From: Octopus vulgaris
Taxonomy: Eukaryota
Direction: 5' to 3'
NCBI GenBank assembly: GCA_951406725.2
Contig: OX597828.1
Coordinates: 51,522,001 to 51,586,000, forward strand
DNA: 64,000 nt
Translations under genes and position numbers: made by a program
The notes under the pieces: model-generated
The model's database searches: none
The model's input: only the letters and a program-made list of their open reading frames with translations
What the model was told of the DNA's origin: nothing
In this document: positions 11,580-24,995 of the stretch, in pieces
How the letters are laid out: each line of letters begins with the position of its first letter
How positions within the stretch are numbered: position 1 is the stretch's first letter

Positions 11580-14418
11580 TAAGGTGATGACTTTTTCACA
11601 ACCTAATAACCCTATACTGTAATTCGATGAATAATTTCATAAAAGTCAGGAAACAAACATTTATTTTGCTTTATTTAACAATGATGAAGTCATCCTCAAC
11701 TTCTTAAGAAATCGATCTCTACTTTTGACCCAAATCATGCAAAATTTGAGTGGGGTTTCATAAATGCCTGGCCAAGTGTTTACCAAACTCGGTGTGCTGA
11801 TTGAATGCAACGTAGAAATAGAATATCTGAAATTTAAGCTTTCTAGTTGAAGCAGTTTCGAAGATATCGGGTTTTAAAACTGTAATCACTAAGTGGCACT
11901 AGATTCACACTTCGGCATTTCTGCTCCCTAAATCCTTGTAAACGCAAGAGGGATGTGGAATAAAAGTGTATTGAAAAAGTTTTAAGATTACTGAATTGAA
12001 ATTGCTCTGTAGAAAGGTTCAAAACTAGGTTATTTTGAGAAAAAAAAATCATTACAAGCATTCGATAACATACAAAATTAAATATAATACCTATTTTTAA
12101 CTTTATAGGTTTAATTCTAATTTTAAATAACGGTATAAGAAAAAGAGTGCTGAATGTTAGCAATTTTGAAACATAAGGAATTACTATGTTTTGTTAGATA
12201 AAATAAATCGAAGTTGAAGATTCTCCTTCTTTTTACAAATATCATAACGGTGTTCAAGAAATTTCATTGCCCGTTCTGCACTCTAATTTGTTCTGGGAAT
12301 AGCAATTTTGAAACATAAGGAATTACTATGCTTTGTTAGATAAAATAAATCGAAGTTGAAGTTTCTCCTTCTTTTTAAAAATATCATAAAGGTGTTCAAG
12401 GAATTTCATTGCCCGTTCTGCACTCTAATTTGTTCTGGGAATTTCGAGTTTCTATAGTTCTCGGCTCCAAAGGTTTTTACATAGTTCAATGTTTTTCTTT
12501 TTTTTATGAACTTGCAGGCTACCACATAACATTTTATAATAATGTGCATTGAACGTTTGGTCAGTAAGAGATGAATGGAGAAAACATTGAGAAGAAAAAC
12601 TCTTATCTCTGTTAGAAGAATAAATGACAAAAGAGCTAGAATTGCTTGTGAATTCCATCTTAGGTTACTTAAGTTGAGTATCTTTTGAAGCACTTGGAAA
12701 TTTGCCGGTTTCTTCAAAGACACGAAAACCTCTGGTCAAATGAGATAGAAAATTGAACGTCATCTGTCCATCCTCTTGATTCTTTCCTTTGCCATTGTTA
12801 AAATTAGGCTGGAATTTCTCGTAATTACTTAGAAGCTCTGGGGTACACTGTATAGTAAACATTAGGAGATTACTTGTTTTTCTCCAAGTTCGTTGTCCAT
12901 TACCACACGAAGAACTAACTCTATCAAGGATATGATACTGACAACCAATAAATTGCGTTTCTTTCAAATACTTTTGAGCAAAGTCTTTGGAACTCAATGA
13001 CATTGCCATTTTTTTCCCCAGTGTTCATACTCGTTGTATCAGCGACGATCATCATTACACAGTTCCATAAACTGTATTCATCAAAAACAGCTGTTATTTC
13101 TTTCGCACCAGTATCGGCTTTTCCCTTTGGTATTTGGAGTGCTTGTAACTTAACTTCTCACGGTTCATTCTTTAAAACTAGCGCTTGGTAATCTTGGCCA
13201 TCAATATGTTTGCCATTACAATGCAATGGCAAGTTTTCAAAATGTAGTGTTTTATTCAGTTTCTTTTTTAGTTTAACAGCTTCTTTGATAGTCGATCTCT
13301 AAATACCAAATTGGGAAGGAGTTTCGACATTGATTCCGTCTTGTGATAACTGTTGCTACTCGTTGTGTTGATAGCTTGGAAGATATTACTAACTTGGTTG
13401 CGGTCCAGTTTTGCTATTCTCCCTCCTTGCTTGTGTGGATTCTTCATCTGATTTTTTCGGACTCTTGATATTCTCTTTTATCCTCTGCTTCAGAGTTAGC
13501 GATGACATTGAAGTTGGTCTGGTTGAAGTTGGCATTAAAGACACTTTTCTTCTTTTGGGTGGATGGATAGTTTTGAAACCGGCTGCCTTTCCCGTTCCAT
13601 ACCTAACCTGTCACTTGCTTTCAATTTGAAGATAATATAACCTATTCTCAATGAACAGCCACTCGCCCTTTTTCTTTGTGATGTCAACAATTTCTTGTGA
13701 ATGAATCGTATTATCCTAGTTTTGCACATTTAGCGTAGGTGTTTAGCACCTTTTCTACATTTGCTTTACATTTTGAATTGATAAATATGGCAAATTTAAT
13801 TTTTTTGCTATAAAAAAGTTACTTATTTCAAAATTTCCATTGTTCTTTCTTTCCCTCCTTTGATGGCACCTCTAAGGAACAGGTAGCGACTGACAATTTG
13901 AACTTTTATTGGAACAGTTCTTCTTTTTCTATGTGAGCCTTGAAATTGCATGACATTCTTCGTCCATAGTTTTTGTTTCTTTGAGTGACACAAGCACTTC
14001 CCTTATGAGACATTATTTTAGATAATCTAGTTGGATAAGCTTGATATAGTCAGCGTTTTTAGCCTCACGGAAATAAAAAGGAGAAGAAGCGGATATTTCT
14101 TGAAGTAGGCCCTACGTGGTAAGAAATTAAAAACTCTATAACCCTTAAATTACTTAAACTGGTAAGCTAAAATTTGAGATATACTACCTCTACATTGCAT
14201 TAAGTCAGCACACCAAAACCCTTGAGTAGGCATTGTGAGCCCCCACCTAGAATTTTGCATGATTTGGGTCAAAAGTGATTGTTAGATTTCCTAAGTTGGG
14301 GTAAATGTTTTGAAAAAATTCAAAATAAATGTTATTTTCCTACTCATATAAAATTGTTCATCAACTTTTAATACAGGAAATTGTGTATTTTTAAAGAAAT
14401 CAAAACGACATAACCCTA
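11580..14418 (-). mobile_element. hAT-superfamily DNA transposon (hATm-like) with decayed transposase
   Basis: 8-bp TSD ATATACAT (11572-11579 and 14419-14426); termini TAAGGTGATG / CATAACCCTA; ~260-bp imperfect terminal inverted homology; minus-strand remnants VADTTSMNTG, GCQYHILDRV, SNLRWNS, AERAMK. Confidence 0.85.
12159..12442. repeat. 142-bp tandem duplication inside the hAT element
   Basis: 12159-12300 is repeated at 12301-12442 with a few substitutions. Confidence 0.9.
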
Positions 14419-14842
14419 ATATACATATAAACACCCATCCGTAAATTTATCGGCGTTCGTTCATACAAGCAGACTTGTGTATCTGTATGTATGTATGTAT
14501 GTATGTATGTATGTATGTATGTATGTATGTATGTATGTATGTATGTATGTATGTATGAAGTTTTGCCCGTGGAAATTTCCTTCCTGACAATTGTGGTTAT
14601 GCATGTCTGAGGATGTATTTTATTTGAGCAAGCATTCACAGATGTTTCTCAATGAATGATATCTGTAATGATGCCTTATCAGTTATTTTCTCATATTCTC
14701 TAAATGATATGTGCATACGTAATTCTGGGAAGATTGCAATTTCGTGTTTTCTTTTCCTCGGTTTGATAAATTTGTTTCATATTGCCATTGTTATAAATTC
14801 GAGATTAGTTTTCCTGCAGTTTCATCATATAAGTGTAAACGC

Positions 14843-14883
<41 letters not shown>

Positions 14884-15273
14884 CATTCATATATACATAC
14901 ATAATACATACATACATAATACATACATACATAATAGATACATGCATACATACACATACGTATATTTATACATCCTTATATGTATTATGTGTCATATTTT
15001 AGCTAATAATTACTTGTCTTTATGAGTTTATTTGAATTAAAATTTCTTTCTTTTCTTCCTCCCGTGGAAACAAATAAAAAAAAACGTTTATATAATTCAG
15101 TTAGGCAAATAGAATTATTAATATATTCTGCATGCCTATATTATATAACTCTTATAGAAATCCAAAGAGAACTTGCAGGAGAACTTACAATGCTATTTTA
15201 ATATGGCGGGAAGCAGTTTCCCATATATCTTTGCAGGACTGAATACAAATTTTCTGTTGTACCAGAAAAATTT

Positions 15274-15339
15274 TGAATACATCCGATAAATAATTCGAAT
15301 ACATCCGATAAATAATTTGAATACATCCGATAAATAATT
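15274..15339. repeat. 22-bp tandem repeat x3
   Basis: (t/c)gaatacatccgataaataatt three times. Confidence 0.9.
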
Positions 15340-15429
15340 TTGGTGAAAAGTAATTCACAATAAAATTAAGAATAATGCAAAAGATAATGTTTCTACATTA
15401 TTATAATTATAAGCATTCCATTATTTTTA

Positions 15430-15935
15430 TTCGATGTCAGTCAGGATTGTTGGTCTCCGTACATGCTGGGCTCTGTGCATGTTAGTCTCCGTACATGTTG
15501 GGCTCTTTCATAGTTAACAGTATTCTAATTTCTCTTTCAAGTTTTTGTGTGTCATTTTTCTTCCAATAACCAATTCCAGCTCTATATCTGATAAAGAGTA
15601 CTGCTCTTGAATTGATCACGATTGTTATTATTATAATTATTTTTATTATCATTATTATTTTTTTCATATGCATACGCTCAGCAGATTAGACTGTTGGAAG
15701 AGAAAAGAATCCTAACATCGGGCTACAACAAGTTGGCGTAGATGCCAACGACCCACCTATTGAGTTACAGCTAGTAACCATAGATGCCAATAACCCTCCT
15801 AAGTATCTTAGCTGTCCCTAATAACACTGTTTTCTTCGACTGTACCAAACTGGGTTTTATGCCTATGTCCTCTATCCATCTGTTTCTAGTGCACTTATAA
15901 CTACTGGGATAGATTTTACCTGCATTTTAAGAACT
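15430..15935 (-). mobile_element. Dong/R4-like fragments
   Basis: Minus strand VKSIPVVISAL, KKTVLLGTAKILR (REL C-terminus) and AVLFIRYRAG..W..KLEREIRILLTM (thumb region), beside a degenerate TAA tract. Confidence 0.65.
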
Positions 15936-15939
15936 AGGT

Positions 15940-16560
15940 AAAATCAAAGGAGAGCTCAGAAACATCGCTGAAAACAGAAAGGGTAATCCTTCTACGACAT
16001 ACCTTGGAAGAACTTCCAAGGTCAGGGGGTAGGAAATCCCCACTAAAATAGACGTAGCTTGGGTGACGGCGGCTGTGCTTATAGGAAGCGAGAAAGAGGG
16101 TGCCGTACTCTAGGCAACAAAAACGGAAGCCACTAATTGGTACGGTAAAATCTTGGACTAATAATACAGAGTAAGGTGGAAAATTTAGATTTGCTTGCGG
16201 AAACGGTGACAATTGGAGAAATATTGATGAAAATCTTTGTAGAGGGCAAATCCTTTGTTGCTACAAATGTGGCCAAAAAGGCCACATTAGAGCGGACTGC
16301 CCTCTGAAAAATAAGCCAACCCAGGAAAGAGCAGAGAAGGAACTGGAAAGGAAAGAAGAAAGAAATAAGGAAGACGGATGGCAAGATACGGGAAGAAAAC
16401 AGATGAAGAGGAAAAGGACAGTTTAAGTCAACCCCAGCCCTTACACAAACCATACCATCTCAACCCCCCATCCCCCTGCAGACACCAAGCCCACCCATTC
16501 ACAACCTACACAGAAATGAAAAAAGAACAGCAGTCACACAAAAGACAGGAAAGCTACCTT
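15940..16560 (+). mobile_element. Gag-like/ORF1 remnant with CCHC zinc knuckle (retroelement, clade uncertain)
   Basis: 16259-16300 translates CYKCGQKGHIRADC (CX2CX4HX4C); the surrounding frame is broken. Confidence 0.55.
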
Positions 16561-16924
16561 CCCACTTGTTTTGTTTGCGCCTTATTAAAAGGTGTTAAAA
16601 AGGATGTGGTAGATAAACTAGTGCAATGGAAAGATGTAAAAGTGATACAGATGAAGGGAATGAAAAAAGAGAAAAATGCTTTTAGGCGCATTGGTGCCAG
16701 GACACAGAATGAAAATAATAAGGGACTGTAAAGAAAGCGCATAATGCAGACAAATGGTTTTCGACATAAATGAAGTACCGGACGGAATAGATTAAGGTAA
16801 ATTATTGGGCCTATACAGGCATTAGCTTTAATTGGATATGAAAGGACGATAGTGATGTTGGTGAGGTGGGGCAAGTGGCACATACTTCATATATCATTAT
16901 CATGTCTCATTCATACTCTCTCTC

Positions 16925-17139
16925 TTTACTCTTTTACTTATTTCAGTCATTTGACTGCGGCCATGCTGGAGCACCGCCTTTAATCGAGCAACTCGACTCC
17001 GGGATTTATTCTTTTGTAAGCCCAGTACTTATTATATCGGTCTGTTTTGCTGAACCGCTAAGTAACGGGGACATAAACACACCAGCATCGGTTGTCAAGC
17101 AATGCTAGGGGGACAAACACAGACACACAAACACACACA

Positions 17140-17197
<58 letters not shown>

Positions 17198-17356
17198 TAC
17201 GACAGGCTTCTTTCAGTTTCCGTCTACCAAATCCACTCACAAGGCTTTGGTCGGCCCGTGGCTATAGTAGAAGACACTTGCCCAAGGTTCCACGCAGTGG
17301 GACTGAACCCGGAACCATGTGGTTGGTAAACAAGCTACTTACCACACAGCTACTCC
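16925..17356 (-). mobile_element. SINE family A, full length
   Basis: Near reverse complement of 6949-7365. Confidence 0.85.
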
Positions 17357-17974
17357 ATATTTTCATAATTTTATTTTAATCGTTATATGTCCCCACATGT
17401 CTTGTGTTATCCCCTCTATGTTTATTTTTATCGTAATAAAGAGTTAACCTCTAGCCGAACAATTATTCTGCGCTGCTGAATGGAAATAATCCAGAAATCG
17501 AGATACACAGATATTGTTTTAAGCGGAGTGGGGGGTGCAAGATTCCCTTGTTCGAAAATATAAGGACACAGATCGTGTCGTATAGCCAGTTGGAGGCAAT
17601 GTCTCCTAGGGCTAAATTACACCAGCATTCGTTCTAAACAAGGGGTGCCATGTTATTTTGTGAATCTTTACTGCAAAGCACTGTTGCTAAATGTCTCGTG
17701 TTGTGAGATATATAAATACCTCAGTATTGTTTTCTCTGACAACAGCCTCTCAGCATTAACACTGCCTATGTCGCTAATAGGCCAATACATATTATACACA
17801 CACGCGCATAAATAGGTTGAAGCTTTATATTTTTGTGTCAATGACAATGATATCCCAGCAACGAAAGTAATGTATTATTTTCCTTTCCATCTTTCTCTCG
17901 TCCACCTCCTACTTCAATGGAAGATTTTGATAACACGAACGCGGGCGACAGAGGCTACGGTGGCGACGGTGATA

Positions 17975-17991
17975 ACGACGACGACGACGAC

Positions 17992-18054
<63 letters not shown>

Positions 18055-18055
18055 A

Positions 18056-18086
<31 letters not shown>
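17975..18086. repeat. (GAC)n(GAT)n microsatellite
   Basis: Seen directly. Confidence 0.95.
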
Positions 18087-18088
<2 letters not shown>

Positions 18089-18491
18089 GTGCAGAGATGT
18101 TGGAAGAAAAATAGTAAGATAAGAATTTTTTGTATCAAGAGGAATCACAGTGTTTGTCGTTCGACGGCTGGTGCCACAGTTCTCTGAATTTGTGTATAAA
18201 GTGGATTGAATTTTGCATCACTTACCTCTCATTGTTCTTTAATGATGGATTAGAGAACATTTTTTACATATATTCGCTTAGCAGAATCGTTAGTTACTCA
18301 TATAAAATACTCAGTGCAATTTCTTCCGGATTTTACACGTTCTGAATTTCAATTGAGCGTAGAACGACTTTGCTTTTCATCATTCAGCATCGAAAAAATA
18401 CCACCTGAGAATAATTGCGATGAAAATAATGGAAGAATCCCCTCCCACAACATATCTATCTATCTATCTATCTATCTATCCATTTACTTAT

Positions 18492-18563
<72 letters not shown>

Positions 18564-18768
18564 GAATATTTAAGTAGTTGAATGAATTATCTTAGTATGG
18601 ATAATTCGGTTATCCGATACCTGGGTAGCAAATTCACGTCAGAAAAACACGGTTGAAGCTACATGCCAAGGACAGAGATCACGTGCTTTCGCGTGGAAAT
18701 TTGTGTGTTCTTTTAATACAAATAAATGAAAGAATGGAGTTGAACGACGATTTAACAAAATTCCTTTA

Positions 18769-18851
18769 TTCTCGACATATGTTTCGAAGGCTGCATATTC
18801 CTAATTTCGAAGGAATAAGGGGTGCATTATGCCGCCTTCTCATCATGAAAA
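18769..18851 (-). ncRNA. Hammerhead copy with C3A core mutation (same family as 5902-5984)
   Basis: Minus strand: ttttc-ATGATGA-GAAGGC...GCCTTC-GAAAC-ATAT-GTC-gagaa. Confidence 0.6.
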
Positions 18852-18925
18852 ACAAGGAACTTATGTCAGCATCAAGATGAACAAAAACTTTTAGATGACT
18901 GCCCACACGGAGCCCATAGCGATAT

Positions 18926-19013
<88 letters not shown>

Positions 19014-19337
19014 TTATATATATGCTACTTTGAACACCTTATGTTGGCATACGATTTCATTTCAGAATCGATCCAAAATGAATCGATTTATATATTGCAC
19101 CATTGCTTTACTGAAAAACGCACATGTCCACCTTTCTATAATGTACTCCTGAATTAAGGGTGTAATATTTTTCATTTTTTGTCATTAATAAACTGCTCCC
19201 GAATTTTTCGAAATTCTTAGTGAATATTGCGTTTACTTATTGCACTGGAAATATTACATTGGATGTAAATTCTATTAGGATCTCCGGTCCTTCGACATTG
19301 CTTCGAAGATACCTGCCTGTTATTTGGTGTATATCTA

Positions 19338-19416
<79 letters not shown>

Positions 19417-19435
19417 ATGTCTATCTATCTAACTA

Positions 19436-19470
<35 letters not shown>

Positions 19471-19507
19471 CTCTATCTCTCTCTCTCTATATATATATAT
19501 ATATTTG

Positions 19508-19540
<33 letters not shown>

Positions 19541-19687
19541 CTATATATATGTGTGTGTGTGTGTGTGTGTATATATATGTATATATATGCATGTATATAT
19601 TATTCTTGCTACTTGGTGTATATATACACACACGCATATATACAATCATTTGGGTTGTATGATGGAAATATTTGTTTAAACGAAATC

Positions 19688-19825
19688 ACTTTCATCTCGA
19701 TTTACAACTGTATATTTCTACTTAGTACTATTATTAATTCTATCACTACCTGTATATTATACTTTCATCTCGATTTACAACTGTATATTTCTACTTAGTA
19801 CTATTAATAATTCTATCACTACCTG
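19688..19825. repeat. 73-bp tandem duplication (second copy partial)
   Basis: actttcatctcgatttacaactg... starts at 19688 and again at 19761. Confidence 0.85.
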
Positions 19826-20689
19826 TTTTATTAAACTCTGTATGATATAAGCAAGCTAATTCCTGGTTGGATATGAAACTTAGTACAGTGCAGTCAAAAG
19901 AGTAAAATGGTGCCGTGTTTAGCTCTAATCTCAAATATTTACTTCCTCTTCAATGCTACATTGACTTAGAAAACTGATATCTCTTGCATGCTATTTTTTT
20001 ATTATTTTATTTTATTAAGAGGCATGCATTATAGCATAAGTAATTATATATCTTCTGGCTTTGAATGAATAAGCATTCCTCAGAATTCTTAAATAACTTT
20101 CGGAAATACAGCGACATGGACGTGTTATGCTTTTTATCCTCAGTCGGCTGGCAAACTATTCCAATCAACCATAAATTAGTAGGTATTTCTTTATAAACTC
20201 CAGATAGATTACTGCTAATGGTTATTGACATTTGAAAATCTACACCAAAGGTTTTTCTCTCATGGAAGTACACTCGCCACAAACGCATAATTTCGCTGGT
20301 TTGTATGTATCAAAGTTTCGCTAACTGACCATTAATTCTGTCGTAAGTGATGTTCCTTTTCTCTGCATAGTGTTTCAAGAATATATCACTAAATTAGCAC
20401 ACGCCACTCCCTGAGAACACAACATAGTTTATAATAATAAAACCACTTATTGTTTTAGGAGAACGATTCAGTGATGTTCATGATTCACCAAACCGAAATC
20501 GGAATTGAGTTGTTGCATGGTTCTAAAAGATATTAGCAAGACGTTGCTTGCTAGAAACTGCAAGACCATTAATTCAGGGTTTCGAGTTACAATAAAACAG
20601 CTTTGGTTATTTTTTTACCTCTTTTACTGGACTGTGTGGGGCAACAACATATTGTGGAATTTTTAGTTGAAAGAACTAATTTCAGCACT

Positions 20690-20985
20690 TAATTTTTAAA
20701 CCTGGTACTTATTCTATCGATCTCTATATTGCTGAAGCACTAAGTTACGGGCGGTGAACACAATGATGTAGGTGGTCAAGCAATGGTGAAGAACATACAC
20801 GCACGACACAAGACACACACATACATACACACAAAATACACACACACATCAAACAGGCTTCTTTTAGTTTCCGTCCACCAAATCCACTAACAATAACTCT
20901 GTCGACCTACAGTTATGGCAAAGTCACTTACCCACGTTGCCATGCAGTGGGACGAAACTCAGAATCATGTGGCTGGGAAGCAACT
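20690..20985 (-). mobile_element. SINE family A, degenerate
   Basis: tacttattctatcg, agtttccgtccaccaaatccact and gcagtgggac blocks match family A. Confidence 0.7.
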
Positions 20986-20987
20986 GT

Positions 20988-21220
20988 CTTATTTCTCTAT
21001 TGCACACAAGGGACTAAACATAGAGTGGACAGACAAGGACAAGCAAGTGGATTAAGTCGATTACATCGACCCCCAGTGGGTAACTGGTACTTAATTTATC
21101 GACACCGAAAGGATGAAAGGCAAAGTCTCCCTGGGCGGAATTTGAACACAGAACGTAAAGACTGACGAAAAACCGCAAATCATTTTGCCCGGCGCGCAAA
21201 CGTTTCTGCCAGCTCGCCGC
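20988..21220 (-). mobile_element. tRNA-derived SINE family C
   Basis: Homologous to 30097-30330, 48201-48433 and 63362-63598; central gactttgcctttcatcctttcg block. Confidence 0.8.
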
Positions 21221-21834
21221 ATTCTTGCCATACCCAATGCTTGCGGATATGGTTGTGATATACTTTAAACTCCATTGTAAAAATTTGAGTATTCCGTAAT
21301 TTTATTAATTGAAACTGACTGTATTTTCTTCAAACGTTTGAGATTAAAATGTAATATTTTTAATTCTTGAAATATAGAATCATCTTCATTGGAGCCTTTG
21401 GTACTGTTACATCGTTTTCACCTGAATGCAACGAAGATGATTGGTGAACCTAACACAAGATTAATGTGGAGAAAATAGGCAATTAAATTACCTGTGTTCT
21501 CTCGTATAAAATACATAAGTATTGATAACCTGTAATTCTCTCTGTCGTTTGTACTTTGTGTAAGTTTGATCTATTAATATACAAACATCTATATATTTAT
21601 ATACTTAAATATTCCTCGTCTGAAAATCATCAATCCTTGCTTTCTTTCTGTGTTCATACATACACACACATACACACACACACGCGCCGCGCGCACACAC
21701 ACATATTGCATATCAAACCCAAGCTGTTACATTCAATGTCGTTTATACGCATAATTGCTACTCTCTGTCTGTCTATCTCTCTTTCTCTCTAAGTATATAT
21801 ATATATATAAATGTGTGTGTGTGTGTATACATAA

Positions 21835-22665
21835 TTGTGTAAAACGTGACCAGCGTTTGAAACATGAAATTCATCATATTACATTTCAACAATGCAGAAA
21901 TTTTATTCATCAAAGTAAATACCATTACAATCAACAAACTTTATCCAATGAGTTACAAGTTTGTTTATTCCAGTGACGTAAAAATCATGAGTTCTGGAGC
22001 TGATGAACTCTTTCAATGCAATTTTAGCATCGGTTTGATTTTTAATCTCCTTGTCTCGCAGGAAACCATCAAGGTGCTTGAAAAAGTTCTAGTCGGTAGG
22101 AGGAAGGTCTGGAGATTAATCATTTTGGGGAAGATCTACATATCAAATTTCCTCCAACTTATGGAGTGCCATTAGTGAAACGTGTGATCAAGCATTGTGT
22201 TGAGGGGATGGAGGAACAGTACGCTTTCGTTGACTTTGGAAGTAAGAAGTTATAGTGGATGAGTCCAGTAGTACACCACCAAACATACATCTTAACCTTC
22301 CTTATGAAGAGCTCGGGTTCAGAGAAGATTTTCGGTGCTAATTTTGCCCCAACCACTAGCGAAGAACTGGATCGTTCTGGTTACACAGAGAGAAGAAGCC
22401 ACTAACAAATTTCATATCTGCAAGTTTTCTGATTTTCATTCAAATCCTGTGGTACCAATTTGTCAAGCTTTTTTGCTTTTCCGATCGCAGTTTTCTTTTG
22501 CTAGTTCCCAAGTAGTTTTACGTGGATATTTCCCAATGATTGTTTTTAATTGACTGTCACCTTCAAGGCTCAGTCTCAGCGTATTTCCACTCCAAATGTT
22601 TCATTGATATCGCGTGCAGTTTCAGCTGCATTACGTCTTGAACATTATTTGCATTATTTAAATTG
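21835..22665 (-). mobile_element. Decayed mariner transposon
   Basis: Minus strand AAETARDINETFG, DLPPTD.NFFKHLD, FYVTGINKLVTHWIKFVDCNGIYF. Confidence 0.8.
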
Positions 22666-22679
22666 CCCGGATGTGTGCC

Positions 22680-22800
22680 CTCATCTTGTTTGTTGTTACC
22701 ACAACGTTACTTTGCAGCCTTCATCATGTGGAATTTTGAACCAAACTCTGGATTCTCATTCCTAACGTGTTTTTTATTCAAAGTACTGACTGGAATTGGA
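22680..22800 (-). mobile_element. Degenerate copy of the tRNA-head/hammerhead element, ribozyme internally deleted
   Basis: cttgtttgttgtt..caacgtt..cagccttcatca..ttctcattcctaa is the reverse complement of blocks in 9655-9750 and 31700-31790. Confidence 0.6.
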
Positions 22801-22972
22801 TTTAGAGTCATGTTTTGGTTGCTATATCGTGCATGGTGGTATCTCTTAGATACCCTTAATTATAATTTTAATAATAATTATATATATGTGTATAAATAGA
22901 TATATGTGTATAAATATATATATATATATAATTATATATATATATATATATAATTATTATTAAAATTATAAG

Positions 22973-23215
22973 TGGAAGCACGTGGCTTAGTGGTTAGGGC
23001 GTCACCATCATGATCGCAAGATTGTGGTTTCGATTCCTGGATCGGGCGACACGTTGTGTTCTTGAGCAAAACACTTCATTTCACATTGTTCCAGTCCCCT
23101 CAGCTGCAAAAAGGAGCAACGCTGCGATGGACTGGCGTCCCGTCCAGCTGGGGGGTACATACATCATAGAAACCGGGTCCATGAATCTGGCTAGGCTTTA
23201 AAAGGGCGCATTTAT
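22973..23215 (+). mobile_element. tRNA-derived SINE (head B2 plus tail 2)
   Basis: tggcttagtggttagggc...gtttcgattcc head; gcgatggactggcgtcccgtccag tail shared with 56277-56400. Confidence 0.8.
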
Positions 23216-23570
23216 TATTATTATATATATGAACACTAGACATAAAAGGACTGTGGCAATGCTTGCTGAGTGGTGGCGGAAAGATTTATTGTAGACATTG
23301 TGGTATAAATAATGATAAAATTCAATCCTAATATGTATCATCTGTTGACAGCAGTTAGAAGGACAACTATGTTAGGAATGGGAATAATGCTGATAAAACA
23401 ATTATGCATAATAAATGATTTATGATAATTATGTGCTGGTGGAATAAATTCGGAGTCTCGTCTTAAGTTTCACGCAGATTTTTTTTCTAATTGACATTTT
23501 AACATTTGCGCCACAACTTTTCATCGTAACTACTTCTTATAAATGTCATAAAGCGCAGAAGGTTCAACTG

Positions 23571-23622
<52 letters not shown>

Positions 23623-23720
23623 CATACATATATTTATCTATATAGCGATGTATATATAACTTAATATAAATTGAAATATATAGATGCGTACTAGATACGT
23701 ATACGTACATACCTGCATAC

Positions 23721-23774
<54 letters not shown>

Positions 23775-23885
23775 TTTATATATATATACATATGTGTGTG
23801 TGTGTGTGTGCCTGAATATATATATATGTATGTATATTTATATTTATATGCATATATTTATATATAAATATATATATCATATATA

Positions 23886-23926
<41 letters not shown>

Positions 23927-23972
23927 ATACACATATATCTGTATATTTATATATGTATATACATAAATACAC

Positions 23973-24027
<55 letters not shown>

Positions 24028-24574
24028 CATGCATATTCACACACGCAAATACATAAACATATATATGAATATACATATATACACATATATATGTGTATAT
24101 ATATATTTGTGTGTGTGTTTGTGTGTCTCTGTGTATGAGTGTATTGATTTGCCAGAATATTCAACTGTTTCCCTGCAAAAAGATATTAATTTCATTTACT
24201 CCGCCAAACACTTCAACACATAGACTTAATTATTTTTTTATTTAACACCAATTTTCTATACGTTTTAGTTATAGAGACCTCACAGAGCAGTCAAAAACTA
24301 CATCTACTGCTTATAATTGAATACTGGAGTGAAACCACCTAAAGCTATTGAAGAGTTTCAGCGAGATTCTATTTATTGATTGGTGAGAAATGGTTTGGAG
24401 AAAACCAATTGTATGCAAACGTTAGGATTGTTCTGTTGGTGGAAATTCGCAGTTTTAGAGTTTCAGAAAACATAGATAGAACACAGATTTCGTTCCGGTT
24501 TGAACATCCGTGTATTTTTTAAGAAATGCATGAACGTTGTAATTTCGAGCAGTTACATGTATGTTATATTGGGT

Positions 24575-24995
24575 TCGAATTTTTGGTACCATACCAATAG
24601 TTTGGAGGGGAAGGGGCTGAGTTAATTAAATAGAGTAGAATACTACGCGACTGGTACTTATTTTATCCTTCTCGAGAAGGTGAAGGGCAAAGTCCTCTCG
24701 GCGACAATTCAACTTGGAACGTAATGGCAGGAGATGTGCCGCGCAGCAGCTCGCTCGGTGCGCTGACAATTCTGCCAACTTGCTGATTTGCCTGTATGTT
24801 ACATTTGTTTCAAATTTCGGCACATGGCTACGATTTATAGATCGGCCACAGAACTCAAATTGTACTTATTTTATCGAACATGAAAGAATGAAAGGCAGAG
24901 TTGACCTCAGCGGAATTTGAACCCAGAACGTAAAGATGGAGGAAATGCAGATAAGCAGTTTGCTTGGTGTATTAACGATTTTGCCATCTCACTGT
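24575..24995 (-). mobile_element. Two degenerate family C SINEs in tandem
   Basis: tggtacttattttatc...gaagggcaaagtc and gtacttattttatcg...gatgaaaggc-like blocks. Confidence 0.6.

Noticed and set aside
15274-15339. 22-bp repeats as a CRISPR-like array
   Set aside because: Head-to-tail tandem units with no spacers, in a eukaryotic context.
17917-18114. Acidic poly-Asp ORF MEDFDN...
   Set aside because: Built on a (GAC/GAT)n microsatellite with short flanks; no independent coding evidence.
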